Shown: piece by piece, positions 10,644 through 19,709 of the stretch
How positions within the stretch are numbered: the first letter of the stretch is position 1
How the letters are laid out: each line of letters starts with the position of its first letter
From: Minisyncoccota bacterium
GTDB taxonomy: Bacteria; Patescibacteriota; Minisyncoccia; Phycocordibacterales; JAQTLZ01
Reading direction: 5' to 3'
Length of the DNA stretch: 64,000 nt
Assembly: GCA_028714635.1 (NCBI GenBank)
Contig: JAQTLZ010000001.1
Coordinates: 173,272 to 237,271 of the forward strand
Position numbers and translations under genes: made by a program
The notes under the pieces: generated by a model
Told to the model about the DNA's origin: nothing
Seen by the model: only the letters and a program-made list of their open reading frames with translations
Databases searched by the model: none

Positions 10644-11014
10644 TTTTAAAACAAAAACAAGGATTCATCGCTCTTATATCCACCATCGTCATCTCGGTGG
10701 TCTTGCTTCTTGTTGTGAGCACGGCGAGCTTAACCGGGTTTTATGGGCGCTCTGATATTTTGGATTCGGAACTCAAGGAGCGGACAAATGCTCTCGCCGA
10801 AGCTTGCGTGGACAAAGCAATTTTGTATGTAGCAGATGGTTCGGCTCATACTTACCCGGAGCTTGTGTCTGTCAGCACTGACAAGTGTTATATAGATTCT
10901 ATAAGTGCCGGGGTCATTAAAACTCACGCGCTTTACAGCAGTTTCCGAACCAATTTGCAAGTCACTATAAATACTGCGAATTTCTCAGTTTTTTCTTGGG
11001 AAGAAGTGCCTTAG
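10640..11014 (+). CDS. pseudopilin-like small protein
   Basis: N-terminus KQKQG|FIALISTIVISVVLLL; 124 aa; translationally coupled to the upstream gene. Confidence 0.4.
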   Translation: MILKQKQGFIALISTIVISVVLLLVVSTASLTGFYGRSDILDSELKERTNALAEACVDKAILYVADGSAHTYPELVSVSTDKCYIDSISAGVIKTHALYSSFRTNLQVTINTANFSVFSWEEVP

Positions 11015-11105
11015 AATTAAGGATTAACTAAAATTGCTTGCTTTTTTGTCTGCCGGTGCTATATATAAGCAACAGAAGATTGTATTACTAATTTAGATAA
11101 AAAAT

Positions 11106-11552
11106 ATGTTTAAGAAATTATCTGCAAGAAAGGGGGGATTCACTCTTATTGAGATTCTCGTCGTCATCGGTATTATCGCTATTTTGGCAACTATTGTGCT
11201 TATTGCCATTAACCCAGCTCGCCAGTTTGCACAAGCAAATAACACACAGAGAGTAAGTAATGTAAATGCAATTTTGAATGCTATCGGACAGTACAGTGCT
11301 GACAATAAAGGCCAGTTGCCTCCGAACATTGATAATACTGTTAGAGAGATTAAAAAAAGCGGAGGAGCTGATATTTGTTCGAGTCTTGTTCCTACTTATA
11401 TACCAGCACTACCATTTGATCCAAAGACCGGCTCTTATACAGACTGCAGTACTTATGACACTAATTACACTGTTGCAACGACAACTGGTAATCGTGTTGT
11501 TGTATCGGCTCCAGACGCTGAGCTTAGTCAAACTATTTCAGTTACTCGCTAA
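11106..11552 (+). CDS. major type IV pilin (PilA-like)
   Basis: SARKGG|FTLIEILVVIGIIAILATIVLIAI class III signal and conserved pilin alpha-1 helix; 148 aa; followed by a strong terminator. Confidence 0.7.
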   Translation: MFKKLSARKGGFTLIEILVVIGIIAILATIVLIAINPARQFAQANNTQRVSNVNAILNAIGQYSADNKGQLPPNIDNTVREIKKSGGADICSSLVPTYIPALPFDPKTGSYTDCSTYDTNYTVATTTGNRVVVSAPDAELSQTISVTR

Positions 11553-11573
11553 TTTTTTCCCGGGTTTTTAAAA

Positions 11574-11613
11574 ATCCCCGCGAGAACCTTTGGGTTCTCG
11601 CGGGGATTTTTAT
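11574..11613 (+). terminator. rho-independent terminator after the pilin gene
   Basis: ccccgcgagaacc/ggttctcgcgggg 13-bp stem followed by atttttatt. Confidence 0.8.
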
Positions 11614-11848
11614 TCAGTAAGAAATGCTTATTCCCATCGTCTACCACTAAAGAGGTCGAATAATGAAAGGTTTTTATTTTATCCACATTTAATTCACAGG
11701 TTATATACAGGACGGGTTACACAATACATAATTCGTAAATCAAGAGTGCAATCAAAAAATAGACCAGGTAGAATTAGGAAATAATGACGAGGTCGAAAAT
11801 TGTACATTTAAAAATTAAATAATTATTACAAGAATTAATACAAACATT

Positions 11849-14278
11849 ATGAAACAGATAACAATAGAAAAAAGATCGTTTTGGAGCAAAATACTTTCTG
11901 CTTCAGTTTTGAGCTTCATGCTCGCGGTCGCTTTTGCCGGAACTCCTGCAAGAGCAGACGTTGACCCGGCAGGTTGTACCGATAACGGCGGAGGAGTCTC
12001 TGTCGCAGCATTTCGTGCTGATGGAACGACAAATATCGGATCAGGAACAGTGACCGACGGTGAAGCTATTAAGTATAAAGCGACACTTTCCGCACTCCCT
12101 ACTCCGAACTGTGCTTTTGAAGGCGGAACGTGGACACTTACTACTCCAGATGGTGTTTCTCATAATTTGGGCGCTGTGCCTCGAATTGGAGGTACGGGAG
12201 TTGCGAGTCTTTCATCGGCTCTCATTCCTTACACAGTGAATCATGCAGATGAACAGGTGAATTCCACACGACATATTGATGCGATCACAAGCTACAGCGG
12301 AGGAAAATCTCATGCTGACACTCTTGATGAGACAGCGGGCCCAACTCTTGGCGCGTCAAAGATTCTGAAAGTTGTTCACACCCCTACAGTTACTACGAAC
12401 GTACATGACGCAAACCATGCTGTCATCACTTCAGCTCCGATCGGATCTTCTGTACACGACCAAGCAACGGTTACTGGCGAAACTGGCGGTCCTGTTCCTA
12501 CAGGCACTGTTAATTTTAATCTCTACCCAAACACAACTTGTGAGGCGACTCCGACAACGCAATCAGGAGTTGCTTTGACGGCGGGAGTAGGAGAATCCAG
12601 CGCAACAACCGTTCCGACAACAGGTCTCTCTTACAAAGCTCACTACAATGGTGACGGTAATTACCTTGTAGCGGATGGTGCATGTGAGCCATTAACGGCG
12701 ACAAAACTTGATTCCCGCACTTCTACAGATGTTCACAGTGCTAATCACTCAGTTATTACTTCCGCAACAGTTGGGGATATGGTGCATGATAATGCTCTTG
12801 TAACTGGTACGGGTGGAACTGCAACTGGCAATGTTTCCTTCCAGCTTTACAGCGATGGCGTATGTACTGCAACAAATGGTGCTCCTCAAGTAGTAGCACT
12901 TGATGGCACAGGACATGCAGAGACAACTCCTGTTGCTGCAGCTGCTCCAGCGATGTCTTACAAAGCTAGCTATGCAGGAAACGATACTTACAATGCGAGC
13001 GAGGGAGCATGTGAACCTCTAACTGTAAACAAGCTCACTCCATCAGTAGTCACGGAAGTTCACAATGCTTCTGAAGCGGTTGTCAGTGGTTCAGTGATAG
13101 CTCCGGTAACAGTGCATGATAAGGCTACTGTTTCAGGTTCAGGTGGAACTCCAACCGGAACTGTAGATTTCTCATTCTACACATCAACCACTTGTTCTAG
13201 TGAGGCAACACCTTCTGGTTCAGGCGTTTCTCTGGTTTCCGGAGTTGCACACCCTTCATCGAGCCAAGGACCACTTTCTGCAGGTAGCTACGGATTCAAA
13301 GCTCACTACAATGGTGATGCGACCTACTCAGCAGCAGATGGCGAATGTGAACCATTCACAGTAGTTTCTCAAGGTCATATTATTGTAGATAAAGTAACCA
13401 ATCCTTCTGGCGATTCACAAAGCTTTGATTTCACTGCAGGAGGTGCAGGATACACAAACTTTTCTCTCACTGACGCTACGGCACCAAATGACCAGACTCT
13501 AAACGCTGGTACCTATTCTGTTTCTGAAACTCTTCCATCGGGATGGGTTCAGACAAGCGCAACGTGTGACGGTCAAGGAAATACCCCAGCAAGTATCACG
13601 CTTGCTGCAGGTCAGACAGTAACATGTACCTTCACCAACACAAAGAAAGGCCATCTTATCGTTGATAAGGTAACCGACCCAACCGGCGATACGACTTCCT
13701 TCCCAATTAATGCAACAGGAAGCGGAACGATCACTGGTGGTGGAGCAGGTACAATAACTGATGCGGCAAATAAAGACTACGAAGTTACCCCGGGCACCTA
13801 TTCAGTAACGGAAAACACCCCATCAGGATGGAACATGACTGGAAATACCTGTACGGATGTTGCAGTAGGTCCAGGGGAGACAAAGACTTGTACGATCACG
13901 AACACGAAAGCTCCAGTCTTGCAATATTGTTCTCCAGGATATTGGAAGAATCATCCAGCAAGTTGGACAGGATACACTCCAAGCCAGCTCTTCAGTAGTG
14001 TCTTCGAACAGATCTCAATTATGTGGAGCGCAAAAGGCAAGCCTTCTCCAGTGGCAAATCCTACGCTTCAGCAAGCACTTGAGGCGAACGGCGGTGGAAT
14101 CAATCAGCTCGCCCGAGCAACAGTTAACGCTCTCTTGAACACCTCTGCTGGACTCACGACAGGGTTCACTACTCAAGAGATCATCGATGCATTCAACGCA
14201 GCAGTTCCGGGCACAGACAGCGCATACAGCTCTCTTGCTGCTCGATTCACTGCTCCAGAGAACTGTCCGCTCCACTAA
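11849..14278 (+). CDS. large secreted surface protein/adhesin with tandem Ig-like repeats and two Cna-B/prealbumin-like domains
   Basis: Signal peptide; about four ~100-aa repeats each with (V/A)HD(N/K)ATV(T/S)G...GT(P/A)TG(T/N)V(S/D)F...CEP(L/F)TV; then two HLIVDKVT...TCT(F/I)TNTK domains; cysteine-containing C-terminal domain. Confidence 0.5.
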   Translation: MKQITIEKRSFWSKILSASVLSFMLAVAFAGTPARADVDPAGCTDNGGGVSVAAFRADGTTNIGSGTVTDGEAIKYKATLSALPTPNCAFEGGTWTLTTPDGVSHNLGAVPRIGGTGVASLSSALIPYTVNHADEQVNSTRHIDAITSYSGGKSHADTLDETAGPTLGASKILKVVHTPTVTTNVHDANHAVITSAPIGSSVHDQATVTGETGGPVPTGTVNFNLYPNTTCEATPTTQSGVALTAGVGESSATTVPTTGLSYKAHYNGDGNYLVADGACEPLTATKLDSRTSTDVHSANHSVITSATVGDMVHDNALVTGTGGTATGNVSFQLYSDGVCTATNGAPQVVALDGTGHAETTPVAAAAPAMSYKASYAGNDTYNASEGACEPLTVNKLTPSVVTEVHNASEAVVSGSVIAPVTVHDKATVSGSGGTPTGTVDFSFYTSTTCSSEATPSGSGVSLVSGVAHPSSSQGPLSAGSYGFKAHYNGDATYSAADGECEPFTVVSQGHIIVDKVTNPSGDSQSFDFTAGGAGYTNFSLTDATAPNDQTLNAGTYSVSETLPSGWVQTSATCDGQGNTPASITLAAGQTVTCTFTNTKKGHLIVDKVTDPTGDTTSFPINATGSGTITGGGAGTITDAANKDYEVTPGTYSVTENTPSGWNMTGNTCTDVAVGPGETKTCTITNTKAPVLQYCSPGYWKNHPASWTGYTPSQLFSSVFEQISIMWSAKGKPSPVANPTLQQALEANGGGINQLARATVNALLNTSAGLTTGFTTQEIIDAFNAAVPGTDSAYSSLAARFTAPENCPLH

Positions 14279-14305
14279 TCTCGAACTTAAAATTATCAGC
14301 TAAAA

Positions 14306-14346
14306 AACAATCCGGTGCCTTCGTGAAGGCGCCGGATTGTTTTTCT
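14306..14346 (+). terminator. rho-independent terminator
   Basis: caatccggtgcc/ggcgccggattg stem then tttttct. Confidence 0.8.
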
Positions 14347-14408
14347 GCGCATCAGTTTGAATGAAAGTTTGTCCCCAGCCTCGCATTCTTTTGCGGGGTT
14401 TCTTCTTG

Positions 14409-14414
14409 TATAAT
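14409..14414 (+). promoter_or_regulatory. TATAAT -10 element upstream of the methyltransferase gene
   Basis: Perfect TATAAT at 14409-14414, 84 nt upstream of the ATG at 14498; no convincing -35. Confidence 0.3.
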
Positions 14415-14423
14415 ATATGGATT

Positions 14424-14446
14424 GAAGCTACCAGCTAAAAGCTACC
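14424..14446 (+). repeat. AGCTAC(C/A)AGCTA heptamer-type dispersed repeat, copy 1
   Basis: gaagctaccagctaaaagctacc in the intergenic region after the adhesin terminator. Confidence 0.5.
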
Positions 14447-14497
14447 CCAGTAGTAGAGCAAAGCTCACTACGGGGCAGGCAGCTAATAAGCTTTTTT

Positions 14498-15025
14498 ATG
14501 GCCTTTACAGACCCAGAACACAACATACAGCAATTTGGACTTCAGTCTGGAGCGAAAGTCGCAGATTTCGGCGCCGGCAGCGGTTTTTATGCTTTTGAAA
14601 TTGCAAAAGCTGTCGGCGGGGCGGGGAAAGTCTATGCGATTGATGTCCAAAAAGATCTTTTGGCAAAAATTAAAAATGAAGGAAGCAAACGCGGATTTAC
14701 AAATATCGAAATCATCTGGGCGGATGTGGAAAAACCGGCAGGCACGCATTTGAAAGCGGATTCAGTTGATGCGGTGCTCATTTCAAACATTCTTTTCCAG
14801 CTTCCTGATAAAGTCGGCGCCGTCGCAGAAGCAAAGCGGATTGTGAAATCAGGCGGACGCATTCTGGTGATTGATTGGACCGATTCGTACGGGGGAATGG
14901 GGCCGGCATTTGATGCGATTTTTACGGCAAAAAAGGCGCAAGAACTTTTCACGAAAGCGGGGCTCACACTGCAAACCCAAATCCGGGCAGGGGATCATCA
15001 TTACGGACTCATTTTTAAAAAATAG
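14498..15025 (+). CDS. class I SAM-dependent methyltransferase
   Basis: Motif I VADFGAGSGFYA; acidic loop YAIDVQ; 175 aa. Confidence 0.65.
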   Translation: MAFTDPEHNIQQFGLQSGAKVADFGAGSGFYAFEIAKAVGGAGKVYAIDVQKDLLAKIKNEGSKRGFTNIEIIWADVEKPAGTHLKADSVDAVLISNILFQLPDKVGAVAEAKRIVKSGGRILVIDWTDSYGGMGPAFDAIFTAKKAQELFTKAGLTLQTQIRAGDHHYGLIFKK

Positions 15026-15027
15026 CT

Positions 15028-16308
15028 ATGTCCAATTTTCAAATTGTTTTTATCGGAATTCTCATCTTTTTTGCTATCGTCGGCCTCATTACTTTTGCAA
15101 TTGTGAGGGCGCCGGAAGGAAGCGCGACCGCATCTGTGGTGATCTGGGGTACGGTTCCCCAACAAACATTTGACGCTCTTTTCACCGCGCTCAATCAAGG
15201 GAAGCAATCGGAGCTTAAAGTAAGTTATGTTGAAAAAGATGAAGCCACATTCGATACTGATTTAGCAGAAGCTATCGCCACAGGCCACGGTCCCGACATA
15301 TTTCTTTTAGGACAAGATAAAATCTACCGCCACTCTGAAAAGATTGCTCTTATTCCTTTTACCGCTCTTACGCAAAGACAATTTCAAGATACTTTCATAC
15401 AAGAGGGGAATATGTATCTCACAGGCAATGGAATTCTCGCTTTGCCTTTCGTGATCGACCCGCTTGTTATGTATTGGAATCGCGATCTTCTCACGAATGC
15501 TTCCGTAGTTGCTCCGCCGAAAAATTGGAGTGATTTCATCGCATTTACTAAAAAGCTCACGCTTAAAAATAATGCATCCGTACTGCTTCAAAGTGCGGGA
15601 GCGATGGGGGAGTTTAAAAATGTCTCCAATGCAAAAGAAATTCTAGCGACACTTCTTCTGCAGTCGGGCAATCCCATTACAAAATATGACCAGATCGGCT
15701 GGGTTTCTGCTCTTGATTCATCGGGAAACTCCGCCGAAGAGGGGCTTCGTTTTTATGCCCAGTTCGGGAATCCGACCAACGAGGCCTACACCTGGAACCG
15801 CTCTCTTCCTCTTTCTATTGATTCATTCGCTTCTGGCAAGCTCGCTGTTTATTTTGGTTTTGCGTCGGAACTCAAGACACTTCGACAGAAAAATCCGAAT
15901 CTCAATCTCGATATGGCACTTATGCCTCAGCCGAAAGAAGTCACAGTTTCAATGACTTTTGGCAGAATGTACGGCCTCGCAATTCTCAAAACTTCGCCGA
16001 ACTTCGTGAGTGCTCTCAATATGATTACGTATCTCACGTCGCAAGATGTGGTAAGAAATTTTGCTGTAGTCAGCGGCTTGCCTCCAACCCGTCTCGATCT
16101 TTTGGCAGTACCCCCGCAAGATTCATTGAGTCCAGTAATGTATTCTTCCGCGCTTCGTTCCCGCGCGTGGTTTGACCCAAATCCGACAGAGACGAAAAAC
16201 ATTTTCCAGCGGATGATCGAAACAGTATCTTCCGGCCAGGAAAAATATTCTGACGCGATAGGGTTGGGAAGCCAGGCGATTCAGCTTTTGTTTAACCAAA
16301 ATAACTAA
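15028..16308 (+). CDS. membrane-anchored extracellular solute-binding-like protein (ABC SBP family 1-like)
   Basis: N-terminal TM; about 400-aa periplasmic-binding-fold-like region (VVIWGT, DIFLLGQD); weak assignment. Confidence 0.35.
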   Translation: MSNFQIVFIGILIFFAIVGLITFAIVRAPEGSATASVVIWGTVPQQTFDALFTALNQGKQSELKVSYVEKDEATFDTDLAEAIATGHGPDIFLLGQDKIYRHSEKIALIPFTALTQRQFQDTFIQEGNMYLTGNGILALPFVIDPLVMYWNRDLLTNASVVAPPKNWSDFIAFTKKLTLKNNASVLLQSAGAMGEFKNVSNAKEILATLLLQSGNPITKYDQIGWVSALDSSGNSAEEGLRFYAQFGNPTNEAYTWNRSLPLSIDSFASGKLAVYFGFASELKTLRQKNPNLNLDMALMPQPKEVTVSMTFGRMYGLAILKTSPNFVSALNMITYLTSQDVVRNFAVVSGLPPTRLDLLAVPPQDSLSPVMYSSALRSRAWFDPNPTETKNIFQRMIETVSSGQEKYSDAIGLGSQAIQLLFNQNN

Positions 16309-16311
16309 AAT

Positions 16312-16770
16312 ATGGCAGACTTATCTTCCTCAAAAAATATACTTTCGAAAATCTTTCTCGGGTTTTTTGTTTTCTTCGTTATTTTCAGTGTTGCTTTGCC
16401 CGTTTTTGCCTGGAGTCCTTTCCAGCCAGTTGTTCCTCCTTGTGATGGTTCGATTACAGCAGAAAATTCTGATCTCAATGACACCCGCACGGGGCAAAGT
16501 GGTTGTGGATATAACGCCTTCCTCCAGCTTGTTTCCAACATCATTCAATTTCTTCTTTATATCGCGATTCCAATTGCAGCTGTTTCGTTCTTTTTTGCCG
16601 GTTTCCTTTATTTGACCGCAGGAGGAAATCCTGGGAAAATAGAAGAGGCTCATCATATCTTTTGGAGTGCGCTTGTCGGAATTATTATTATGCTTGCTGC
16701 GTGGCTCATCATAAATACCATACTTACTGCGCTCGTCGAGAAAGGTTCAGGTTTTAATTTGCTCGGTTAA
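16312..16770 (+). CDS. VirB2/TrbC-like small 'pilin' (two-TM hairpin domain)
   Basis: C-terminal IAIPIAAVSFFFAGFLYLTAGGNPGKIEEAHHIFWSALVGIIIMLAAWLI is a TM-loop-TM unit shared with the four following genes. Confidence 0.45.
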   Translation: MADLSSSKNILSKIFLGFFVFFVIFSVALPVFAWSPFQPVVPPCDGSITAENSDLNDTRTGQSGCGYNAFLQLVSNIIQFLLYIAIPIAAVSFFFAGFLYLTAGGNPGKIEEAHHIFWSALVGIIIMLAAWLIINTILTALVEKGSGFNLLG

Positions 16771-16780
16771 TTTTCGCAAG

Positions 16781-17932
16781 ATGCTTACCATGAAAACAGT
16801 AGAAAAAGTGGAACATATACTTAAAAATAAATCAGCTTTTTTCTTCGGAATCTTTTTTGTTCTCATCTCGTTTCTTATTTTAGGAGCGCTTCCTTCGTCC
16901 GCTTCAGCTGCTACCTGGTGTTCAAAAGATCCAAATAATGTAGTGCATGTATTTGGTTCGGGTCCAGCGTGTACCCAAGGAAGAGATGCTTCCTGGAATG
17001 TGTGCGGTACTTGTGTCGTATGGTGTGCCATTGGCAAAGACAAAAAAGCGGTCAATGCTTTTCCCACCAATGATGCCTGTGTCCAGTCTATTGCAAATTC
17101 GGGAGTCTCCGGCGGTTCTTGTAGGCAGTGTACCTCTACAGATATTGCTACCATCAACAATAAGCTCAAAGGCTATTACGGAACATCGAAACCCACAAAC
17201 GGTTCCCTTTTTAATTTCAATTTAAATGGAATTCTTTTGGGATTCGGCTCTGGATCGTACATGTCACTTTATTCCGCGGATAATACAATTAATCAGACTT
17301 GGTGTGCCGCTTCGGGAGGTGGCAATGTTGTATTCTATAGTCTCAGCAGTTGTGTTGCCGCGGCTGGTTCGCCTGAAAAATGTTCTCCTTGCCAAGATCA
17401 GGGTGCGGGGAATACGACTCCGCTTCCTACTCTCAATACGGAGCCGGGAGCTTATTGTGATGCAAACGGCACGAATTATCCTTCTTTGTCTGCGTGTGTA
17501 AATAGTCAGGCGAACCAAGGCATTGATAGCCCTTCTTGTGGTCCTTGTTCCGATCCTGCTTTAGGGGGAGGTCCTCATCAATCTCCAGCACCCTTTGATT
17601 TGGGTGACACGGGCAAGAAGCCGTTTGATCTCGGTACTACTGGTGGCAGTTGTTCCGGTAGCAATGGCAGATTGCCGAATCCTCTTGGAAATACATGTGA
17701 TTTGTACACGCTTCTCAATAAAATTCTAAAAGTTGCCGAACAGATTGGCGGAGTGATCATTGTGCTCGCTATTATTTACACCGGCTTTCTCTTTGTAAAA
17801 GCTCGCGGGAATAGTGAAGAGCTTGAAACAGCAAAGAGGGCATTTATGTGGACAGTGATTGGGGCAGGGGTGCTTCTCGGAGCGACTGTTCTATCAAAAA
17901 TCATTGAGAACACCATTAAACAATTACAATAA
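16781..17932 (+). CDS. Cys-rich secreted domain fused to a C-terminal VirB2/TrbC-like pilin hairpin
   Basis: Signal peptide; about 280-aa region with more than 20 Cys; C-terminus GGVIIVLAIIYTGFLFVKARGNSEELETAKRAFMWTVIGAGVLL is paralogous to the neighbouring pilin units. Confidence 0.45.
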   Translation: MLTMKTVEKVEHILKNKSAFFFGIFFVLISFLILGALPSSASAATWCSKDPNNVVHVFGSGPACTQGRDASWNVCGTCVVWCAIGKDKKAVNAFPTNDACVQSIANSGVSGGSCRQCTSTDIATINNKLKGYYGTSKPTNGSLFNFNLNGILLGFGSGSYMSLYSADNTINQTWCAASGGGNVVFYSLSSCVAAAGSPEKCSPCQDQGAGNTTPLPTLNTEPGAYCDANGTNYPSLSACVNSQANQGIDSPSCGPCSDPALGGGPHQSPAPFDLGDTGKKPFDLGTTGGSCSGSNGRLPNPLGNTCDLYTLLNKILKVAEQIGGVIIVLAIIYTGFLFVKARGNSEELETAKRAFMWTVIGAGVLLGATVLSKIIENTIKQLQ

Positions 17933-17954
17933 TTTAATAATTTATTTATTTACT

Positions 17955-18269
17955 ATGAATCCATCACAAAATCTTGCTGCAGCATGTGCGATAGACTTCA
18001 CCACTTTGGCAGATTGTATGACAAGGTACTTGGGACAGATTATTCCTGTCCTGGTCGGGGTTGCTGTCATCGGTTTTCTCTATGGAGTACTCCGTTATAT
18101 CTATTCAGGAGGGGATGAAGAAAAACGAAAAGAGGGAGTACGTTTTATGACTTATGGTATTGTCGGTTTGGCCGTTATCACCACACTATGGGCTCTTGTC
18201 GGGATTATTACCCTAAGTGTCGTTGGTACAAATCCAGTGTTGCCACAACTTACTCCGGGCCTTCAATAA
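17955..18269 (+). CDS. VirB2/TrbC-like pilin paralog
   Basis: VGVAVIGFLYGVLRYIYSGGDEEKRKEGVRFMTYGIVGLAVITTLWALV; Met at 17955 inside ORF 17859..18269. Confidence 0.45.
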   Translation: MNPSQNLAAACAIDFTTLADCMTRYLGQIIPVLVGVAVIGFLYGVLRYIYSGGDEEKRKEGVRFMTYGIVGLAVITTLWALVGIITLSVVGTNPVLPQLTPGLQ

Positions 18270-18393
18270 AGCCGTATTTCATATCCACACGTCTTTCTTG
18301 CTGATTTCCCTCGGTTTGTTACCATTAAAGTACGTTTCATTAAAAAAGTCGTTCAACGAAACTTTATTATTAAGTTATTTATTAATAGATAGT

Positions 18394-18735
18394 ATGAAAA
18401 AATCTCTCATCATTGCTTCAGTTTGGGCGCTTCCTGGCTTAGCGTTCGCAGCGGGTTTTGATAATATCATCGGTCTTGCTCAAAGGACTTTGAGCCAGCT
18501 CGTTCCTCTTTTTATTTCTGCAGCAGTCGTACTTTTTCTCTACGGTGTTCTTACTTATATTCTTGCGGGAGGAGATGAAGAAAAGCGATCAGCGGGGCGA
18601 AACACGATGATCTACGGTATTATCGCAATTTTCGTGATGGTATCCGTCTGGGGTTTGGTGAATCTTCTTCGAGATTCGCTCCAGTTGAATCAGGCAAACA
18701 ACGTTCCGAATCTTCTTCCTGCAACTCATAATTAA
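18394..18735 (+). CDS. VirB2/TrbC-like pilin paralog with signal peptide
   Basis: MKKSLIIASVWALPGLAFA signal; FISAAVVLFLYGVLTYILAGGDEEKRSAGRNTMIYGIIAIFVMVSVWGLV; Met at 18394 in ORF 18217..18735. Confidence 0.45.
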   Translation: MKKSLIIASVWALPGLAFAAGFDNIIGLAQRTLSQLVPLFISAAVVLFLYGVLTYILAGGDEEKRSAGRNTMIYGIIAIFVMVSVWGLVNLLRDSLQLNQANNVPNLLPATHN

Positions 18736-18741
18736 AAAGTA

Positions 18742-18770
18742 AAAGAGCTCATCCACGAGCTCTTTTCTTC
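18742..18770 (+). terminator. rho-independent terminator
   Basis: aaagagctc/gagctcttt stem followed by tcttc. Confidence 0.55.
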
Positions 18771-18783
18771 GTCCTCTTTTCCT

Positions 18784-19014
18784 ATGGAATTACTTGGTAA
18801 ATTAGAAACAGCCGTTTTAAATCCCGTTATCATAATCCTCTTTGGAGTTGCGGTAGTTATTTTTGTGTATGGGGTTGTTCAATTTATCTGGAAATCCGAT
18901 GATGAAGAAGCGCGTCAAGTTGGAGCCCAACATATTATGTGGGGACTTATCGGGCTTTTTATTATGACCGCTGCGATTGCTATAAAATCTTTTATCAAAA
19001 GCACAATACAGTAA
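18784..19014 (+). CDS. VirB2/TrbC-like pilin paralog (minimal 76 aa)
   Basis: ILFGVAVVIFVYGVVQFIWKSDDEEARQVGAQHIMWGLIGLFIMTAAIAI; same two-TM architecture. Confidence 0.4.
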   Translation: MELLGKLETAVLNPVIIILFGVAVVIFVYGVVQFIWKSDDEEARQVGAQHIMWGLIGLFIMTAAIAIKSFIKSTIQ

Positions 19015-19058
19015 GCATAAATTCTTTTCTAAGTCATCTGATTTATTTAGGCAAAAAT

Positions 19059-19100
19059 AATAGGCGGGGAGTGGCTAATGCCCCTCCTCGCCTATTTTCC
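19059..19100. terminator. bidirectional terminator between convergent genes
   Basis: Imperfect GC-rich hairpin taggcggggag...ctcctcgccta flanked by A/T runs on both strands. Confidence 0.45.
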
Positions 19101-19101
19101 A

Positions 19102-19686
19102 TCACCTAATATTTGTACATTGTTTACTGGGTTCTATTTTTACATTTACCTGACTTGGATTCAGGTTTTCTATGAGTACCCATTTTGGTTCATAGTCTCT
19201 TGGCGTGCTGGCGCCGATCCGTTTGTCCGCAGTCCGCTCATCCGGAGCCGCCTCGCTTTCCCTGTAGAAAGTTCGGCTGAATTTCTGCGGATTGAAGTCG
19301 TTCGGCGGAGAGGGGATTTCGTAGTGCACTCCTCCGTCAGGCAGGCAAACCAATTTGCTTTTGCCCGGAGGGACTTCCACGATACACGGTAGCTTTACAG
19401 GCACCCGTGGTTGGATCACCTTCGCTGTGACCACCCGAACTACAGTTTTCGTGGGCCGGGTGGATGGAGCTGGCGCTTTTGCTGTTTTCTGCGGCGCTAG
19501 CGCTTTTTCGATTTTCTTCAACTCCAGCGCCTGTTGCGCTGTTGCCTCGGGGGTGGTGGTGCCATATCCGTGTTCGAGGATATACATCACTACGCTCGAG
19601 ATGGGAATGATGAGAAGACCGAGCGCGATCAGTTTCATTATGATCTCGCCCGGTTTCAGATTGATTCCACCGCTGCTTGCACTCAT
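19102..19686 (-). CDS. hypothetical membrane protein
   Basis: 194 aa, one TM helix, Ala/Pro/Lys-rich linker; chosen over the overlapping plus ORF because it is co-directional with the two following genes. Confidence 0.35.
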   Translation of the reverse strand: MSASSGGINLKPGEIIMKLIALGLLIIPISSVVMYILEHGYGTTTPEATAQQALELKKIEKALAPQKTAKAPAPSTRPTKTVVRVVTAKVIQPRVPVKLPCIVEVPPGKSKLVCLPDGGVHYEIPSPPNDFNPQKFSRTFYRESEAAPDERTADKRIGASTPRDYEPKWVLIENLNPSQVNVKIEPSKQCTNIR

Positions 19687-19709
19687 GCCGATCTCCTTTC
19701 AGGTTTCAG

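Noticed and set aside
11034-11068. sigma70 promoter for the major pilin (TTGCTT ... TATATA)
   Set aside because: Spacer lengths do not fit (20 nt or more, or less than 10 nt for the alternative boxes). I leave it unannotated.
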